DNA of 64,000 nucleotides from Octopus vulgaris (taxonomy: Eukaryota), in the NCBI GenBank assembly GCA_951406725.2, contig OX597819.1, positions 7,254,001-7,318,000 on the forward strand, read 5' to 3'. A model generated the notes under the pieces. The model worked only from the letters and a program-made list of their open reading frames with translations. It had not been told where the DNA came from and searched no databases. A program made the translations under genes and the position numbers. This document shows, in pieces, positions 1-14,498 of this stretch; within the stretch, counting starts at the first letter, position 1, and the number at the start of each line of letters is the position of its first letter.

Positions 1-1785
1 CTCTTATTAACATGAGAGAGCATGTTTTATTTGCTCTTTCTAGTAGGTCATGTAACCAATCTGACTGGCAAACTGTGTAGAGGCTCCCTCTCCTGTAGAG
101 TTGGATGTTACCAGAATAGAAATCAAATCATATGATATCAGTCTTAGACTGACAGTTTGTCATTGTTCTGATATACTCAACTTTGGCTCTTCACCAATAA
201 AATAACTTACCTATACCCTCCTCTCTTAGCCACTGGTAATTTATCTCTTAACTATCTATACACTATCAACATTGTACATCCGTCACATAATACTGATCTA
301 TGAAATCTAAGCATTTTTCAAGGGGGTCACCAAAGTGGAGATTGTGTGGCATTTGTGGGGAAGAAGGAGCCTCTTGGGATTAACTTAAGTCTCTGTTAAC
401 TATTTTGTTACGATATTTCTTCTGAAATACACCACCTTTATTTGAATTAATTTTGAAAATAATTTAGGATTTAATAAAATTTCTATTATTATGAAGCAGA
501 TGTTTTGGAACAAAAATTAAATGAAATTCTGATGGAAGGTTTTAATTTAGATCTCTTTGAAACTGAGAATTTGTATCATATAACCAATGCCAGTCTCAGG
601 CAGGTTAGTAGGAAAAGGGTTGACCCTTTTGATATCAAAAGTTATGGAAACAAGGAAAGATAATTCTAGTCTTCCTTTTCTTTCATATACAGGGTAGTGC
701 ATGAAAAAGTAGCATAAGTGTAAATAGAAAAAAAGATTTACCCACATGAAAAACCACCCAGCCTTTTGTTTGCAAATGTCATTGTGTTATTTTGATCATT
801 TTTACTGCTATTTGGAAGCCATGAGCAGTAATTTACTTGTTTTGCTCTTATCGTCCCTTTAAAATGATATGGCTTCAACTTTAGACTTTTCAACACCTGT
901 TGGCATGACCTCCTACATACGTGAGACTATTGCACCAATTTATGAGTTGATTTCTTTGGACTTCAAGTAAACCTGTGGTGAATGTCTTGACTAAGTTTCA
1001 GGATTTAAACTGTAGGGTTTCTTTGTTTTGGGGCATTGGGAACTGACCTCACGGTGCATCACTTCCTGACCAATAGTTGCATCATACTCTTTGCTGCTAT
1101 GACATTACTCAAAAACTCAACTTCAAAAATTTCACTTGTTCGCTTAACAGAACCTGTTCTCGCACATACTTCCACAATCTCCACTTCTACCATTACTGAG
1201 TACATCATCTTGTAGAAAAGGCTAGAGATGCTCACTCAGTGAAATTTTTCTTACAATCATGAGTCCAACACCCTAACCACTAAGTCATGTGCCTCCACTT
1301 TTATTTTGGTGGTTGTGGAGTTGTATACATAGAGTGAATCAAAAGTCCCTTTAGCATCAATATAAACTAGTTAACAACGAAGGTCAGTAGAGGTTGTTTT
1401 TCATGTCAGTACCCATGTGTTTTTCTCCCAGCTCTCCATTTCTGTCTCTTCCTTTCACCTTTTCCTCTTCTCTGGACTTTATTCTCTGATGAGGGGCTAT
1501 GCCTGAAGCATCATGTTTTTACTTTTAATTTTCCCTCTAAAACTTTCATCAAGTATCAAGCTAATAATATTCACTTTGAATGTCTATGACTTTTGTTGTT
1601 TTTGTTTTTGAATTCATCATTCATTATCAGTTTGTCAGTTGAGGTTCGTTAAGCTTATAAATGAGTATCTTGTCTCCACTTTCTCCATCTCTCCTTCACA
1701 CCTTCCAGCTTCTCATGACAGCCTTCACCACCCACCTGTCAACTGCATTTATTATGCACTCACCTCACTGTTAACTGTCACAAGT

Positions 1786-2172
1786 GTGGAGGCGCAATGG
1801 CCCAGTGGTTAGGGCAGTGGACTCACAGTCGTAGGATCGCGGTTTCGATTCCCAGACCGGGCGTTGTGAGTGTTTATTGAGCGAAAACACCGAAAGCTGC
1901 ACGAGGCTCCGGCAGGGGATGGTGGTGATCCCTGCTGTACTCTTTCACCACAACTTTCTCTCACTCTTACTTCCTGTTTCTGTTGTACCTGTATTTCAAG
2001 GGGCCGGCCTTGTCACTCTCTGTGTTATGCTGAATATCCCCGAGAACTGCGTTAAGGGTACACGTGTCTGTGGAGTGCTCAGCCACTTACACGTTAATTT
2101 CACGTGCAGGCTGTTCCGTTGATCGGATCAACCAGAACCCTCGTCGTCGTAACCGACGGAGTGCTTCCACAC
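1786..2172 (+). mobile_element. tRNA-derived SINE, family A (long tail)
   Basis: A box TGGCCCAGTGG and B box GTTTCGATTCC; 13-bp TSD AACTGTCACAAGT at 1773-1785 and 2173-2185. Confidence 0.9.
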
Positions 2173-2668
2173 AACTGTCACAAGTCAGGGATTCCAGGAT
2201 ACTGGTCAACTGTGTTGATGTTTACATTGCCACCTGCCCCCTGACCAGCCGGTCAGTTGATCTAGGTATGCAGAGACAATTAAACAGAATTACTGTTTTG
2301 TTGTCCCATAATTAGTACAATGATTATTTTATGATAACACTTTCCAAGAATATAAAAAATAATGATGATCATCATCATCATCACCATTTAACATCTGTTG
2401 TCCATGTTGACATGGGTTGGACAGTTTGACTAAGCTGGCATGCTGGAAGGCCGTACCAGACTCCAGTTTGATTTGGCATGGTTTTTTTACAGCTGGATGC
2501 CCTTCCTAATGCCAACCATTCTGAGAGTGTAATGGGTGTTTTTAATATATTAAAATTTTATTGAAAACAAAATGGCAAATTTTATATATTAAAAATATAT
2601 AAAAATACAATTACAAAACAATAAAAATAATAACTTTCTATATATACATTTTATATTCTTAATCACCT

Positions 2669-3059
2669 TACTCTTTTACTTGTTTCAGTCATTTGACTGT
2701 GGCCATGCTGGAGCACCGCCTTTAGTCGAGCAAATCGACCCCGGGACTTATTCTTTGTAAGCCCAGTACTTATTCTATCGGTCTCTTTTTGCTGAACCGC
2801 TAAGTGACAGGGACTTAAACACACCAGCATCGATTGTCAAGCAAACACAGACACACAAACACACACGCATACATATATATATATACATATATACGACAGG
2901 CTTCTTTCAGTTTCCGTCTACCAAATCCACTCACAAGGCATTGGTCGGCCCGGGGCTATAGCAGAAGACACTTGCCCAAGATGCCACGCAGTGGGACTGA
3001 ACCCGGAACCATGTGGTTGGTTAGCAAGCTACTTACCACACAGCCACCCCTGCGCCTAT
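2669..3059 (-). mobile_element. SINE family B (~400 bp, tRNA-like head, internal TA/TG tract, GAGTAAAA tail)
   Basis: Head ATAGGCGCAGGRGTGGCTGTGTGGTAAG...GGTTCAGTCCC on the minus strand; more than 12 near-identical copies in the window. Confidence 0.9.
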
Positions 3060-3796
3060 GAATTTCATTTCATTAACATGTTTGTGTTTAGTAGTGCAAT
3101 TTTCTGTAAGTTCTGGAATTATTATTATTGTTATTGTTATTATTATCATTATCATAATTTTGTAGGTTGTTTGGTAAGACGCTTGCTTCCCAACCACATG
3201 GTTCTAGGTTCAGTCTTGTGGTGTGGCATCTTAGACAAGTGTCTTCTACTATAACCTTGGGCTGACTACTACTACTACTACTACTGCTATTGCTACTGTT
3301 GGTGCTGCTGCTACCGCCGCCGCTGTTGCCTTTACTTCAGTTACTATAATTATTATTAGCATATAAGTTCTGTGTCTTTGGTTTGCATCAGATAATTGGT
3401 GCAATTTGGATACAGAAACCGATTCCGTTGAAAATTATAACCAAGATAATATGAACACCAATTCATAAATAATTGCCATTTATCTTTAAATGAAAGGATA
3501 TTCCATTAACAAATAGTGCTGAAAGTATGAAATAGGTATTAATAAGGTATGTTCCAAACGAAATTAAAGAAAAAAGAAACATTAAGTTAATGTATTTCTA
3601 ATTAAAATAGGAATGTTATGTGACTATATATTTAAATGCAATTCTATACATTCTATAGATTGAGTATGAACATGAACATTGATGGACAATGGATAAAGTA
3701 GATATAAATAAAAATGAGAGAAGTCAGTGTCAGTGTTACATGGGATTTGAACTTGAAAAAGATCTTTTACATCTAATATTTATTATTATTATTATT

Positions 3797-4053
3797 ATCA
3801 TCGTTTAACGTCCGCTTTCCATGCTAGCATGGGTTGGACGGTTCAACTGGGGTCTGGGAAGCCCGAAGGCTGCTCCAGGCCAGTCAGATCTGGCAGTGTT
3901 TCTACAGCTGGATGCCCTTCCTAACGCCAACCACTCCGTGAGTGTAGTGGGTGCTTTTTATGTGCCACCGACACAGGTGCCAGACGAGGCTGGTGAACGG
4001 CCACGCTCGGATGGTGTTTTTTAACGTGCCACCGGCACGGAGGCCAGGCGAGC
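3797..4053 (-). mobile_element. RTE 3' UTR fragment (family C)
   Basis: Begins CATCGTTTAACGTCCGC; same family at 2367-2540, 5335-5490, 13075-13475, 15200-15860, 39896-40096, 41440-41720, 58371-58553, 58876-59172, 61681-61770. Confidence 0.85.
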
Positions 4054-4653
4054 CTGAAACATATTGAATATATACTTTTTACTAAATATCCAGTAACCTA
4101 AACTGTAGATAACAAATGAAATATATCCTTTCTCTCAAATGTCCGCAGTTATATCTAATATCTTTCATCTTTTATTTCTTTCAGTTATTAGACTGTGACC
4201 ATGCCAGGGCATTGCCTTGAAGAATTTTTAATTGATGATTCAACCCCAGTAGTTATATTTTTTAAAGCCTGGTACTTATTCTATTGGTCTCATATGCTGA
4301 ACTGCTAAGTTACAGAGACCAGCACTGGTTGCCAATCAGTGGAAGGTGGAAAACAAACACAGACACATGATGGGCTTCTTTCAGTTTCCATCTACCAAAT
4401 CCACTCATAAGACTTTGGTTGTCTCAAGGCTATACTAGAAGACACTTGCCTCAAAGGCCTTGCAGTGAGACTGAACCCAGAAACAAACTTCTCACCACAC
4501 ATCCATGCCTGCATCTCACCACATAGCTGTGCCTGAGCCAAGCGTCTTCCCACAAATATGCCCTCTCTGCTATATCTTCACAATTATATCAAATATACAG
4601 AAATATATTTCAATCACGTGTAATATATGTAATATGTTTTGGATTTAATTAAC

Positions 4654-4831
4654 ATAGGTGCAGGGGTGGCTGTGTGGTAAGTAGCTTGCTAACCAACCAC
4701 ATGGTTCCAGGTTCAGTCCCACTGCGTGGCATCTTGGGCAAGTGTCTTCTGCTATAGCCTCGGGCCGACCAATGCCTTGTGAGTGGATTTGGTAGACGGA
4801 AACTGAAAGAAGCCTGTCGTATATATGTATA

Positions 4832-4888
<57 letters not shown>

Positions 4889-5055
4889 ATGTGTGTGTGT
4901 TTACGTCCCCGTCACTTAGCGGTTCGGCAAAAGAGACTGATAGAATAAGTACTGGGCTTACAAGGAATAAGTCCCGGGGTTGATTTGCTCGACTAAAGGC
5001 GGTGCTCCAGCATGGCCGCAGTCAAATGACTGAAACAAGTAAAAGAGTAAAAGAG
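4654..5055 (+). mobile_element. SINE family B
   Basis: Same head and tail as 2669-3059, opposite orientation. Confidence 0.9.
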
Positions 5056-6695
5056 ATTATGGGATTAGGATGTCTCAAGAAAGAATTGCAAGCCAGATTC
5101 TTTAAACAGAGCCAATTGTGAGAAGACCTAGGAGAAGACCAAGGATGAGATGATTGGGTGATATCCATAATCTCAGTTGGTCCCACTTGGGAATCCAGCT
5201 GGAAAGTGTAATGATGGTTGCTTCTGATTGGATCCAATGGAGAAGGTGCCTGAGGACCCATAACCCATCCAAGAAAAGTGGATGGAGAAGATGGACAGAT
5301 GAAATAAATGGATATGAAAATATATTAAATATATAACTACACTTGTGGAGTGGTTGGCGTTAGGAAGGGCATCCAGCTGTAGAAACTCTGCCAGATCAGA
5401 CTGGAGCCTGGTGCAGCCCCTGGCTTCCCAGACCCCAGTCGAACCGTCCAACCTGTGCTAGCGCGGAAAACGGATGTTAAACGATGATGATATCCTATTT
5501 ATCAAATGCCTACATCTATATCCATTACATAGAATCACATTATATATATCAGACCAACCAAATCTCCACAATTAACATCCAATATTATAGAAATCATGAA
5601 GATGGTGAGTTGGCAGAATTGTTAGCACACTAGGCAAAATTTCGTCTGTCTTTATGTTGAGTTTAAATTCTGCTGAGGTTGACTTTGCCTTTCATCCTTT
5701 CAGGGTCAATAAAATAAACACCAGTTGAACACAAAGTGGGTGGGGTAATCGATTTATCCCCTCCTCTGAATTTAATAGCCTAGTGCCAAAATTTGAAATC
5801 AATTTTATAGAAATCAGAAATCATCATAATCATTTTTATGTCCATTTTCTGTGCTATCATGGACGCGGTGTCATGGTCTGAGTCATTTCTTATTGGGAGC
5901 TGCTGCATTGGTGCTTATACATGTCATTCAGCTTGGTTCTATGGGTGGATACCCTTCCTAATACCAGCCGCTTTACAAGATTGTACTGAGTGCATTTATT
6001 ATGGATGATAGGTGCTGATAGAAGTGGCCCTAAGGGTGGGAGAGTGTGATGGCTGGTGGCAGAGAAGGGCAAAGAAGGTAAAGGAGATGCACTAGAGAGG
6101 AGTTACAGAGGTATGAGGATGGTCTTTGCCTCTAGGCAGAATGAAGACGGTCCAATGGAGAGGAGTACGAGAACCATAGGGTGATGGAAGATGGGGGTGC
6201 TTCAAAGCATTCAAAGGGTGGATAGTTGGGTGCAAGATGTGTGATGTATGCTTGGCAGGGTATAAAGTATCTGAGCCTCTAAACACTCCCTCATGTCAGG
6301 TTATGTTTTGCTGTAGGTGGTTGGGCATTTTCAGCATTGCATATCAACAAAGAGTATGATCCTTAATCATCTGGTCTGTGAGAGGCAGCATCTTCAGAGT
6401 AGCCTTCACCATGTATTCCTTTGTCACCCTCTTTTGTGGGTTCCATCAACTCAAAAACATATTAAATATATCCTATCTACCAAAATGACCATTTAAATCT
6501 GATTTATAGAAATATATTGAATATATGATGGGCACAAGCATGGTTGTGTAGTAAGAAGTTTGCTTGCAGGCCACATGGTTCCAGGTTCAGTCTCACCGTG
6601 CAGGACCTTGAGCAAGTGTCTACTACTAAAGCCCTGGGACAATTAAAGCCTTGTGAGTAGAATTGGTAGACAAAACCTAAAGAAGCTTATCATAT

Positions 6696-6776
<81 letters not shown>

Positions 6777-6781
<5 letters not shown>

Positions 6782-7345
6782 TGGCAGGGCTGGCCTGCTA
6801 GGTAGCCGGCCAGAATGCTAGAAATAGATCATAAACGATCAAACTACAAGGGAAATTCTCTAGAGGAAGAATTCAGCGAACACCAGAACCAAATTTGGTG
6901 GGCAGGACATATGAAAAATTAAATAAAAAAACAGACTTAAATGCATACCTCGGTTTCGGTCTTAACAAAAGAATTACTTGCATAATTCAAGTGTCCGTGA
7001 CTTCTTCAGTACATTCGGTCCTCGAGATGCAAACCGCAAGACTAACCCCAGCTCTCTGTGTCAAGACAGACACGTGCTTAGTCTTACTGATTACATCGGG
7101 AATAAAATTTCAAATGTCTTGGTTCCGGCGCGCAAAGAGACTCCTGAAGCGAAGGGCTGCAGTGAATAATTCAGTGCGGGTAGTGCTTACAACTAGGGAA
7201 CGTATTTATTTAAATATTTAAAAATTGAGGGAGATAAATTAATATTAATTTTAATATCAATTTAAAACCAGTAGTCCAGCATTCAAAAAATCTGAGGAGT
7301 CAGAGAAAATTCAAATATATGTGTATATTGGCAGGGCTGGCCTGC

Positions 7346-7347
<2 letters not shown>
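6777..7347 (-). mobile_element. Terminally redundant non-coding retroelement (Penelope pLTR/retrozyme-like) in (TA)n
   Basis: 24-bp direct repeat TATATTGGCAGGGCTGGCCTGCTA at 6777-6800 and 7324-7347 (period 547); contains a hammerhead motif. Confidence 0.7.
6939..7016 (-). ncRNA. Type I hammerhead ribozyme (minimal stem III, extended stem II)
   Basis: Minus RNA: GAAUGUA CUGAAGA AGUC..GAAUUA UGCAAG UAAUUC..GACC GAAA CC GA GG UA / UGCAUUU; conserved core nucleotides present and stem I pairs over 7 bp (two G-U). Confidence 0.72.
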
Positions 7348-7637
<290 letters not shown>

Positions 7638-7749
7638 TGAAGGAGTGGGCAAATGAGAGAAAGTAGCACCCAACACATTCACTAGCAGCTGCATATATTA
7701 TTTAATAGTTGAATCAAACTGTTATTAAATAAATATATATATATATATA

Positions 7750-8597
7750 TACAAGGTGTTATCAAAAAGTTCCTGCACTGGTCTTGTAGCACACCAACAG
7801 ATGGTAGCATATGATATCATGCACAGTGAGAGCTACCATTGACCTTCATGAGGCAGTGTGCCAAGTGACATCACTGTATTTACAAGTTGTGAAATTTGTG
7901 TTTTTGTGATCATGAGCATGCTGCCGTCTGTGATTTTGTCATGGATAAGAACAGAGAGCCAATGTGAAATTTTGTGTTAAACTTGAGAAGTCTGCTACAG
8001 AGATATTGAGCATGCTTTGGCAAGCTTATGGTGACAAAGCAATGGGTTGTACACAATGTTTTGAGTAGAACGGGCACTTCAAATGTGGAAGAACACCCCT
8101 GGAAGGTGATGAGTGATCTCGAAGACCTGCCATGAGCGGCACACTTGGAAACATTAGTATTGTGCATTGAGAATTTGTCCCTCAGGGTCAGACTGTCAAT
8201 CAAGAGTTCTATTGCAATGTTCTGAAGTGTTTGAGGGAGGACATTTGGAGAAATCAGCTTGATTTGTGGAGCATGAAGAATTGGATTTTTCACAACAACA
8301 ATGCACCCAGTTACTGAGCTCTCCTCTGTGTCACCAGATTTAGTACCTGCAGACTTCCGTCTTTTCCCCCAAGATGAAAATGCAGCAAAGGCCACCATTT
8401 TAACTCCATTGTTGAGATCCAGAATGAATTGCTTATGGAAAACAATTTCCAGGCCAGATTCCAAAAGTAGCAGGAATACTGGAACCAGTGTATTGCTGCA
8501 CAAGGTTACTATTCTGAAGGAGATGATGTAAAAAGTTAGGTAAATGAGTTATTTTTTATTAAACATAACTAGACTGGGAACTTTTTGATACCAGCTA
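7750..8597 (+). mobile_element. Internally deleted mariner transposon (pseudogenised transposase)
   Basis: TIR core TATCAAAAAGTTCC / GGAACTTTTTGATA; begins at TA; remnants QRANVKFCVKLEKSATE...QAYGDKAM, EFVPQGQTVNQEFYCNVL, SPDLVPADFRLFP (YSPDLAP motif). Confidence 0.88.
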
Positions 8598-8640
8598 AGA
8601 TATGTCTTTTTGTATTATTTCTGTGGCTGTTTGTGTATAT

Positions 8641-8951
8641 CACCGTGATCACTGTGACCAACCAGGCTATCAGATGTTGCTACACATCGCTGGTCACAAT
8701 GCGCTTCGCATTGTTTTAGCCTTCAAATGACGCCACCCCGCTGGCTAAGCGAGCAGGCCAACAGAAGAAAGAATGAGAGAAAGTTGTGGTGAAAGAGTAC
8801 AGCAGGGTTTGCCACCACCCCCTGCCGGAGCCTCGTGGAGCTTTAGGTGTTTTCGCTCAATAAACACTCACAACGCCTGGTCTGGGAATCGAAACCGCGA
8901 TCCTACGACCGCGAGTCCGTTGCCCTAACCACTGGGCCATTGCGCCTCCAC
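8641..8951 (-). mobile_element. tRNA-derived SINE, family A' (same head, different tail)
   Basis: First ~190 nt nearly identical to 1786-1975; unrelated 3' part; 12-bp TSD GTTTGTGTATAT at 8629-8640 and 8952-8963. Confidence 0.9.
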
Positions 8952-9461
8952 GTTTGTGTATATAAGTATTTATATATATGTATGTATATTGCGTATGTTT
9001 ATATCAACTGAGTGTGGTGTACGTATATAATTATGTATATTTACCTTATAGGTGTTTAGGTATCATCTTTGTGCATGTTTCCATATGGATATTGTTTTTA
9101 TGCACATAAGTGTGTGAATTTTTGTATATGCATGTTCTTTGGGAGTTTATATTTTAAACTCAGAAACAAGATTCTATGATTGGTTCATCAATACACTTGT
9201 GTGTGCATTCATGTATGTATGTGTGTATGCATGTATGTATGTAAGAATATACGTTTCAGCTTTGATGCCATTACATGGACATATGTGTATGTCTTTACTT
9301 ATGTATGTGTACATAATCATATGCTTGAGTGTAAATGTTCTTATTTATATCTAAACTTCTGGAATGCTTTACACATTTTCACAGTTCCATTAATACCTCA
9401 CAACTGTGATTTCTTTTCAATTTCCTGAAACTTGTTTTCTCAAGATTAATGCTACTTTAGT

Positions 9462-9502
<41 letters not shown>

Positions 9503-9514
9503 TAATAATAATAA
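9462..9514. repeat. (AAT)n microsatellite
   Basis: Direct reading. Confidence 0.95.
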
Positions 9515-9993
9515 TGAAATTATTGTATACAGTGCTCAGGTGCACCACAACTTGTCAGAAAGTGCATATAAAGTACATGCAGTAATGTAAAAATGTCTGG
9601 AAGGCGAACAGTGTATGAGTCAGATACATGCTTGTGTGTATCAGAGTACTCTGATAATTACAGGTACAAAGCTAAAGCTATAATTTGGGTGGAGTATCAG
9701 CAAATTTCAACATAGACATGTTTTATTTTTTCCTTAATCATTAACATTATGTGAGCATATTGCAAAAGTCACTCCCAGCTGACCCAGTTAATGATGCTTC
9801 TGTCTGAGGATAGAATACAGCCTCTCCTATTTATACTAGCTGCAACATTCCTTATTATGGTTGACATTTTTATGCATCGTCCTCCTTGTTATCAGTGTTG
9901 GGGTTTTAACGTTCACAGAATTCTTTGAGACAAATTTTCTATGATTAGATACCCTTCTAGTTGCCAACCCTCACCTGTTTCCTGGCAAGGTAA

Positions 9994-10393
9994 TCTTTAT
10001 ATATAAAAGTGAGGTTGTGTGCTGTCTGTCTCCTACGATTTAGATTCTTAACTACTCCCACATTTTGCGGTGCAGTTTAACCAAAACCGGGTATCTTATA
10101 GTCGTGATTCATATCGAGCCCTTCTGGGTATTAGCGCGCATCTACGATGAGTCTACGATTTAAAAAAAAAAATTACCATGAATTTTTCTCATTTTTAATG
10201 CATTTTTGGCATATATAAGGGAAGTAACTCTCTAAAAATTTATTATTAAATCTCAGAACGTAAAAAGCTACAGTAACACCCCCCCCCCTTTGTGGTTAGC
10301 CATATTGAGATGGCTATTATACTTTACATCTCTAAAAATGCTTATATAGTTATTTCCCTTACAAACCCGAGCAATGCCGGGCGATACTGCTAG
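9994..10393 (+). mobile_element. Non-autonomous Helitron
   Basis: 5' TC, subterminal hairpin CCCGAGCAATGCCGGG, 3' CTAG; inserted between A and T without TSD. The host repeat GGTAA|TATTT is seen uninterrupted near 15021. Confidence 0.88.
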
Positions 10394-10600
10394 TATTTTT
10401 ATATAGCCAAACATGTTTTCACAAAAGATTGAAAATGAAGAATACTGCTTGTAGGACAGTGACTCATTTACAATTATTGTACAATGCCAAGACGAGAACA
10501 CTCGGAAGAGTGGTTTGTTTCCAAAGACATGAATTCATTTAACAATTGCAGTACTGCAGTTTCATTGATCTAGTCTCATGTCACTCTGAATTTTGGAGGT

Positions 10601-11008
10601 TACTCTTTTACTTGTTCCAGTCATTTGACTGCGGCCATGCTGGAGCACCGCCTTTAGTCGACCAAATCGACCCCGGGACTTATTCTTTGTAAGCCCAGTA
10701 CTTATTCTATTGGTCTCTTTTGCCGAACTGCTAAGTGACGGGGACGTAAACACACCAGCATCGGTTGTCAAGCGATGTTGGATGGGACAAATACAGACAC
10801 ACAAACATATACACACACATACACATATATATACATATATACGACGGGCTTCTTTCAGTTTCCGTCTACCAAATCCACTCACAAGGCATTGGTCGGCCCG
10901 GGGCTATAGCAGAAGACACTTTGCCCAAGATGCCACGCAGTGGGACTGAACCCGGAACCATGTGGTTGGTTAGCAAGCTACTTACCACACAGCCACTCCT
11001 GCGCCTAT
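10601..11008 (-). mobile_element. SINE family B
   Basis: Full-length copy. Confidence 0.9.
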
Positions 11009-11248
11009 ATTAAGCATGCATTTATTATATATATACATATATAATTCAATTCTGGGGTGCTGATTAACCTATATTTGGAGCTTGAGAGGAAATTAACTTT
11101 GTTGTCCTTAAAAGTGATATAAGGTTTATACATCTTAAGATGGTTCACATGGTCTTTTATTTTTAGCTAGGAATGGAAATCGAGTTTCTTTGATTCTGTT
11201 TATAGGCAGCAAAGTTGGGGTTTGATTTTTACATTTGCCAGGAGTTTA

Positions 11249-11646
11249 TCTTTATATATAAAAGTGAGGTTGTGTGCTGTCTGTCTCCTACGATTTAGAT
11301 TCCTAACTACTCCCACATTTTGCGGTGCAGTTTAACCAAAACCAGGTATCTTATAGTCGTGATTCATATCGAGCCCTTCTGGATATTAGTGACGTCTACA
11401 ATGAGTCTACGATTTAAAAAGAAATTTACCATCAGTTTTTCCTATTTTTAATGCATTTTTGGCATATATAAGGGAAGTAACTCTCTAAAAATGTATTATT
11501 AAATATCAGAACGTTAAAAGCTACAGTAACACCCCCCCCCCTTTGTGGTTAGCCATATTGAGATGGCTATTATATTTTACATCTCTAAAAATGCTTATAT
11601 AGTTATTTCCCTTACAAACCCGAGCAACGCCGGGCGATACTGCTAG
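11249..11646 (+). mobile_element. Non-autonomous Helitron (second copy)
   Basis: Near-identical to 9994-10393; A|TC...CTAG|T. Confidence 0.88.
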
Positions 11647-11882
11647 TACTGTATAATGGTAAAGCTTCATTCATTAGCCTCATATTGCCTGATTGATCAT
11701 GTGTGTAGAAAGAGCAGGAAACTTCAAGTAGTAATACAAAGAATCATCATTTGATTCCTAATAAATATAAATTCCTTAACGTACTGACTTCTTTATTCGT
11801 TTATTTGTAAACATGAAAGTATATCTGAAATGCTTGGAACTGGAAGGATTTCAAATTTTGGACTTGGAAATATTATATACTC

Positions 11883-12240
11883 GGTGGCACGTAAAAAGCA
11901 CCATCCGATCGTGGCCGTTGCCGGCCTCGACTGGCCCCTGTGCCGGTGGCACGTAAAAGCACCATCCGTTCGTGTCCGTTGCCAGCCTCAGCTGGCCCCC
12001 GTGCTGGTGGCACGTAAAAAGCACCATCCGTCCGTGGCCGTTTGCCAGCTCCGTCTGGCACCTGTGCAGGTGGCACGTAAAAAGCACCCACTACACTCAT
12101 GGAGTGGTTGGCATTAAGAAGGGCATCCAGGTGTAGAAACACTGCCAGATCAGACTGGGCCTGATGCAGCCTTCTGGCTTCCCAGACCCCAGTTGAACCG
12201 TCCAACCCATGCTAGCATGGAAAGCGGACGCTAAATGATG
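11883..12240 (+). mobile_element. RTE 3' UTR fragment with ~62-bp internal tandem repeats
   Basis: GTGGCACGTAAAAAGCACC at 11884, 11946, 12007, 12070, then the family C 3' end. Confidence 0.85.
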
Positions 12241-12479
12241 AATCTAAAAAGTAGGACAGCTTGAGTATGAGATTCAGCTCCAAACATACTATCTGTTTAC
12301 ATTTTATATTACGGCTTACACATAGTGACCAATAACTTTACATAAATTTGATACTAGTCCAATTTTACTTAACATGTAACAATTGTTTGGAAATGTCTCA
12401 TGTATTACTGAAACTAATCTAACATTTTCACTTTAACCTGTCAACCTCCTAAAACAGGTATATGTCACTTTCACTTTTT

Positions 12480-12868
12480 TACTTGTTTCAGTCATTCGAC
12501 TGCGGCCATGCTGGAGCACCGCCTTTAGTCGAGCAAATCGACCCCGGGACTTATTCTTTGTAAGCCCAGTACTTATTCTATCGGTCTCTTTTGCCGAACT
12601 GCTAAGTGACGAGGGGACGTAAACACACCACCATCGGTTGTCAAGCAATGCTAGGGGGACAAACACAGACACACACATATATATATATATATACATATAT
12701 ACGACGGGCTTCTTTCAGTTTCCGTCTACCAAATTCACTCACAAGGCATTGGTCGGCCCGGGGCTATAGCAGAAGACACTTGCCCAAGGTGCCACGCAGT
12801 GGGACTGAACCTGGAACCATGTGGTTGGTAAACAAGCTACTTATCACACAGCCACTCCTGCGCCTATC
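12480..12868 (-). mobile_element. SINE family B with 17-bp TSD
   Basis: TGTCACTTTCACTTTTT at 12463-12479 and 12869-12885. Confidence 0.9.
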
Positions 12869-13834
12869 TGTCACTTTCACTTTTTACCTTTTTCATTTCA
12901 TAGCCACCTAAAACACCAGTACCCTTTTTTGAGAAAACCTCTCCAAATATTTAAATAGAGAAATAATTTAGATGAAGCTGCATACCTTTCTCCTATTTTT
13001 GAAATAGTATTTTAAGATCAAAATAAATAACCTTTTAAAATTTATAGAATAAAATAATTATACAAATTATTAAATCATCATAATTCAACATCCACTTCCC
13101 ATGTTGTCATGGATTAGATGGCTTGGCAGGAACTGGTATGGCCAGGGGCTGAACTGGGTTCCATTGCCTGTTTTGACTACCTTCCAAATGCCAACTACTC
13201 CACAGAGTGTACTGGGTGCTTTGTATGTAGCATCATCACCAGTGCGTCTTGTGTGGTACCAGCACCCACACTAATGCTTTTTATGTGGTACCTTGGTTTT
13301 AAGATCTCAATTCTGTTGAAGTGGGCAGGTCGTCTCAAGTGCAGCAATGCGCCACATATCTTGGTCCTCTGTCATCTCCTTGTAAGGTTCAGTGTCTTGA
13401 GATCGGCCTTCACTACTTTGTCCCATATCTTCTTGGGTTTCTACAACTTCACAAAACTTTAAGTGATTGACACTTAGAATTAAATTAGCTTATAGGTTAT
13501 GTAATTTTAAAAATTTTATATTTTAAAATTATTTTATTATTTAAATTATAAATTTTTTTTTTTTTTAATATTTCAAAAATTATTTCGTAATTCTAAATTA
13601 TAAAATGTTAGATTATTTTCAAATATTTTACAATTTTAAAATTATTTTATAATTTCTATATAATTACTTTTCAATTTTATAAATTATAATATAGGGAAAT
13701 AAATTTTGAAGAAAGATATTTACCATTGCTTTGCAAAGTTGAAAAGCTGTGTTTACTCCATTGGCTAGAAATAACAGCAAGGAATCTCTGAACAATTAGT
13801 AAAGATCAAATCACCGATCACCCTCCCAGGGTGT

Positions 13835-14330
13835 TGCTTATAACACTGTGTAACATGATTTTTGTCCTTGCATAACAACTTTTATTTTCTATTTGCTTAC
13901 CCCTAGAAAATGTGAAAAATGGCTAATATTTCCTCCCAATTTTGCTTTTGTTACATTTATTCAAACCCCAAAGAATCTTCCTCAACACATGGCTATGATA
14001 TTCCCCCACTACTCCTGTTCGTGATTAGAGATGCACATATTGTCAGCCACTAAGGGACATGTTCGAGTGGTTAAAGTCAAGCAAATCTGTGGTTTTGAGC
14101 AGAATATTTGCTATAATGATATTTCTGCTTTAGCAACTCAACATTGAATCTCACTGAAATGTAATGGAAAATAGGTGAGTTTCAAAACATAGATGTCCAG
14201 GTGACAAAAGCAAAGTTTGAAGGGAATGGTAGTGATTTACTTTGATTTCTAGATAGAAGCAAATAGGAAACAACACTTACTGACTAAAGAAATAAAAATA
14301 ACGAAAATTGTTTTGCAATGTAATTTAGTG
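13835..14330. mobile_element. Old dispersed MITE-like repeat with degenerate long inverted ends
   Basis: Similar copy at ~55175-55610; TTTTGCTTTTGTTAC versus GTGACAAAAGCAAAG arms. Confidence 0.6.
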
Positions 14331-14425
14331 GAAAAATAACAGCAATCTTGGAATATAAATACACTACTATGAGTTTTGCAGATGAATAATATTATTAGTG
14401 AAGCAATAGTATTTCTTCACTTTAT

Positions 14426-14465
<40 letters not shown>

Positions 14466-14498
14466 CTGTCTATTTATCTCTCTCTGTATGTGTGTATA

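Noticed and set aside
1788-1862. Functional tRNA gene
   Set aside because: A and B boxes are present but it is the head of a TSD-flanked SINE with a second copy at 8875-8951; the acceptor stem is poor.
2834-3061. Recurrent short ORFs (RQASFSFRLPNPLTRHW..., YDGLLSVSVYQIHSQG...) as a gene family
   Set aside because: They are antisense translations of SINE family B copies.
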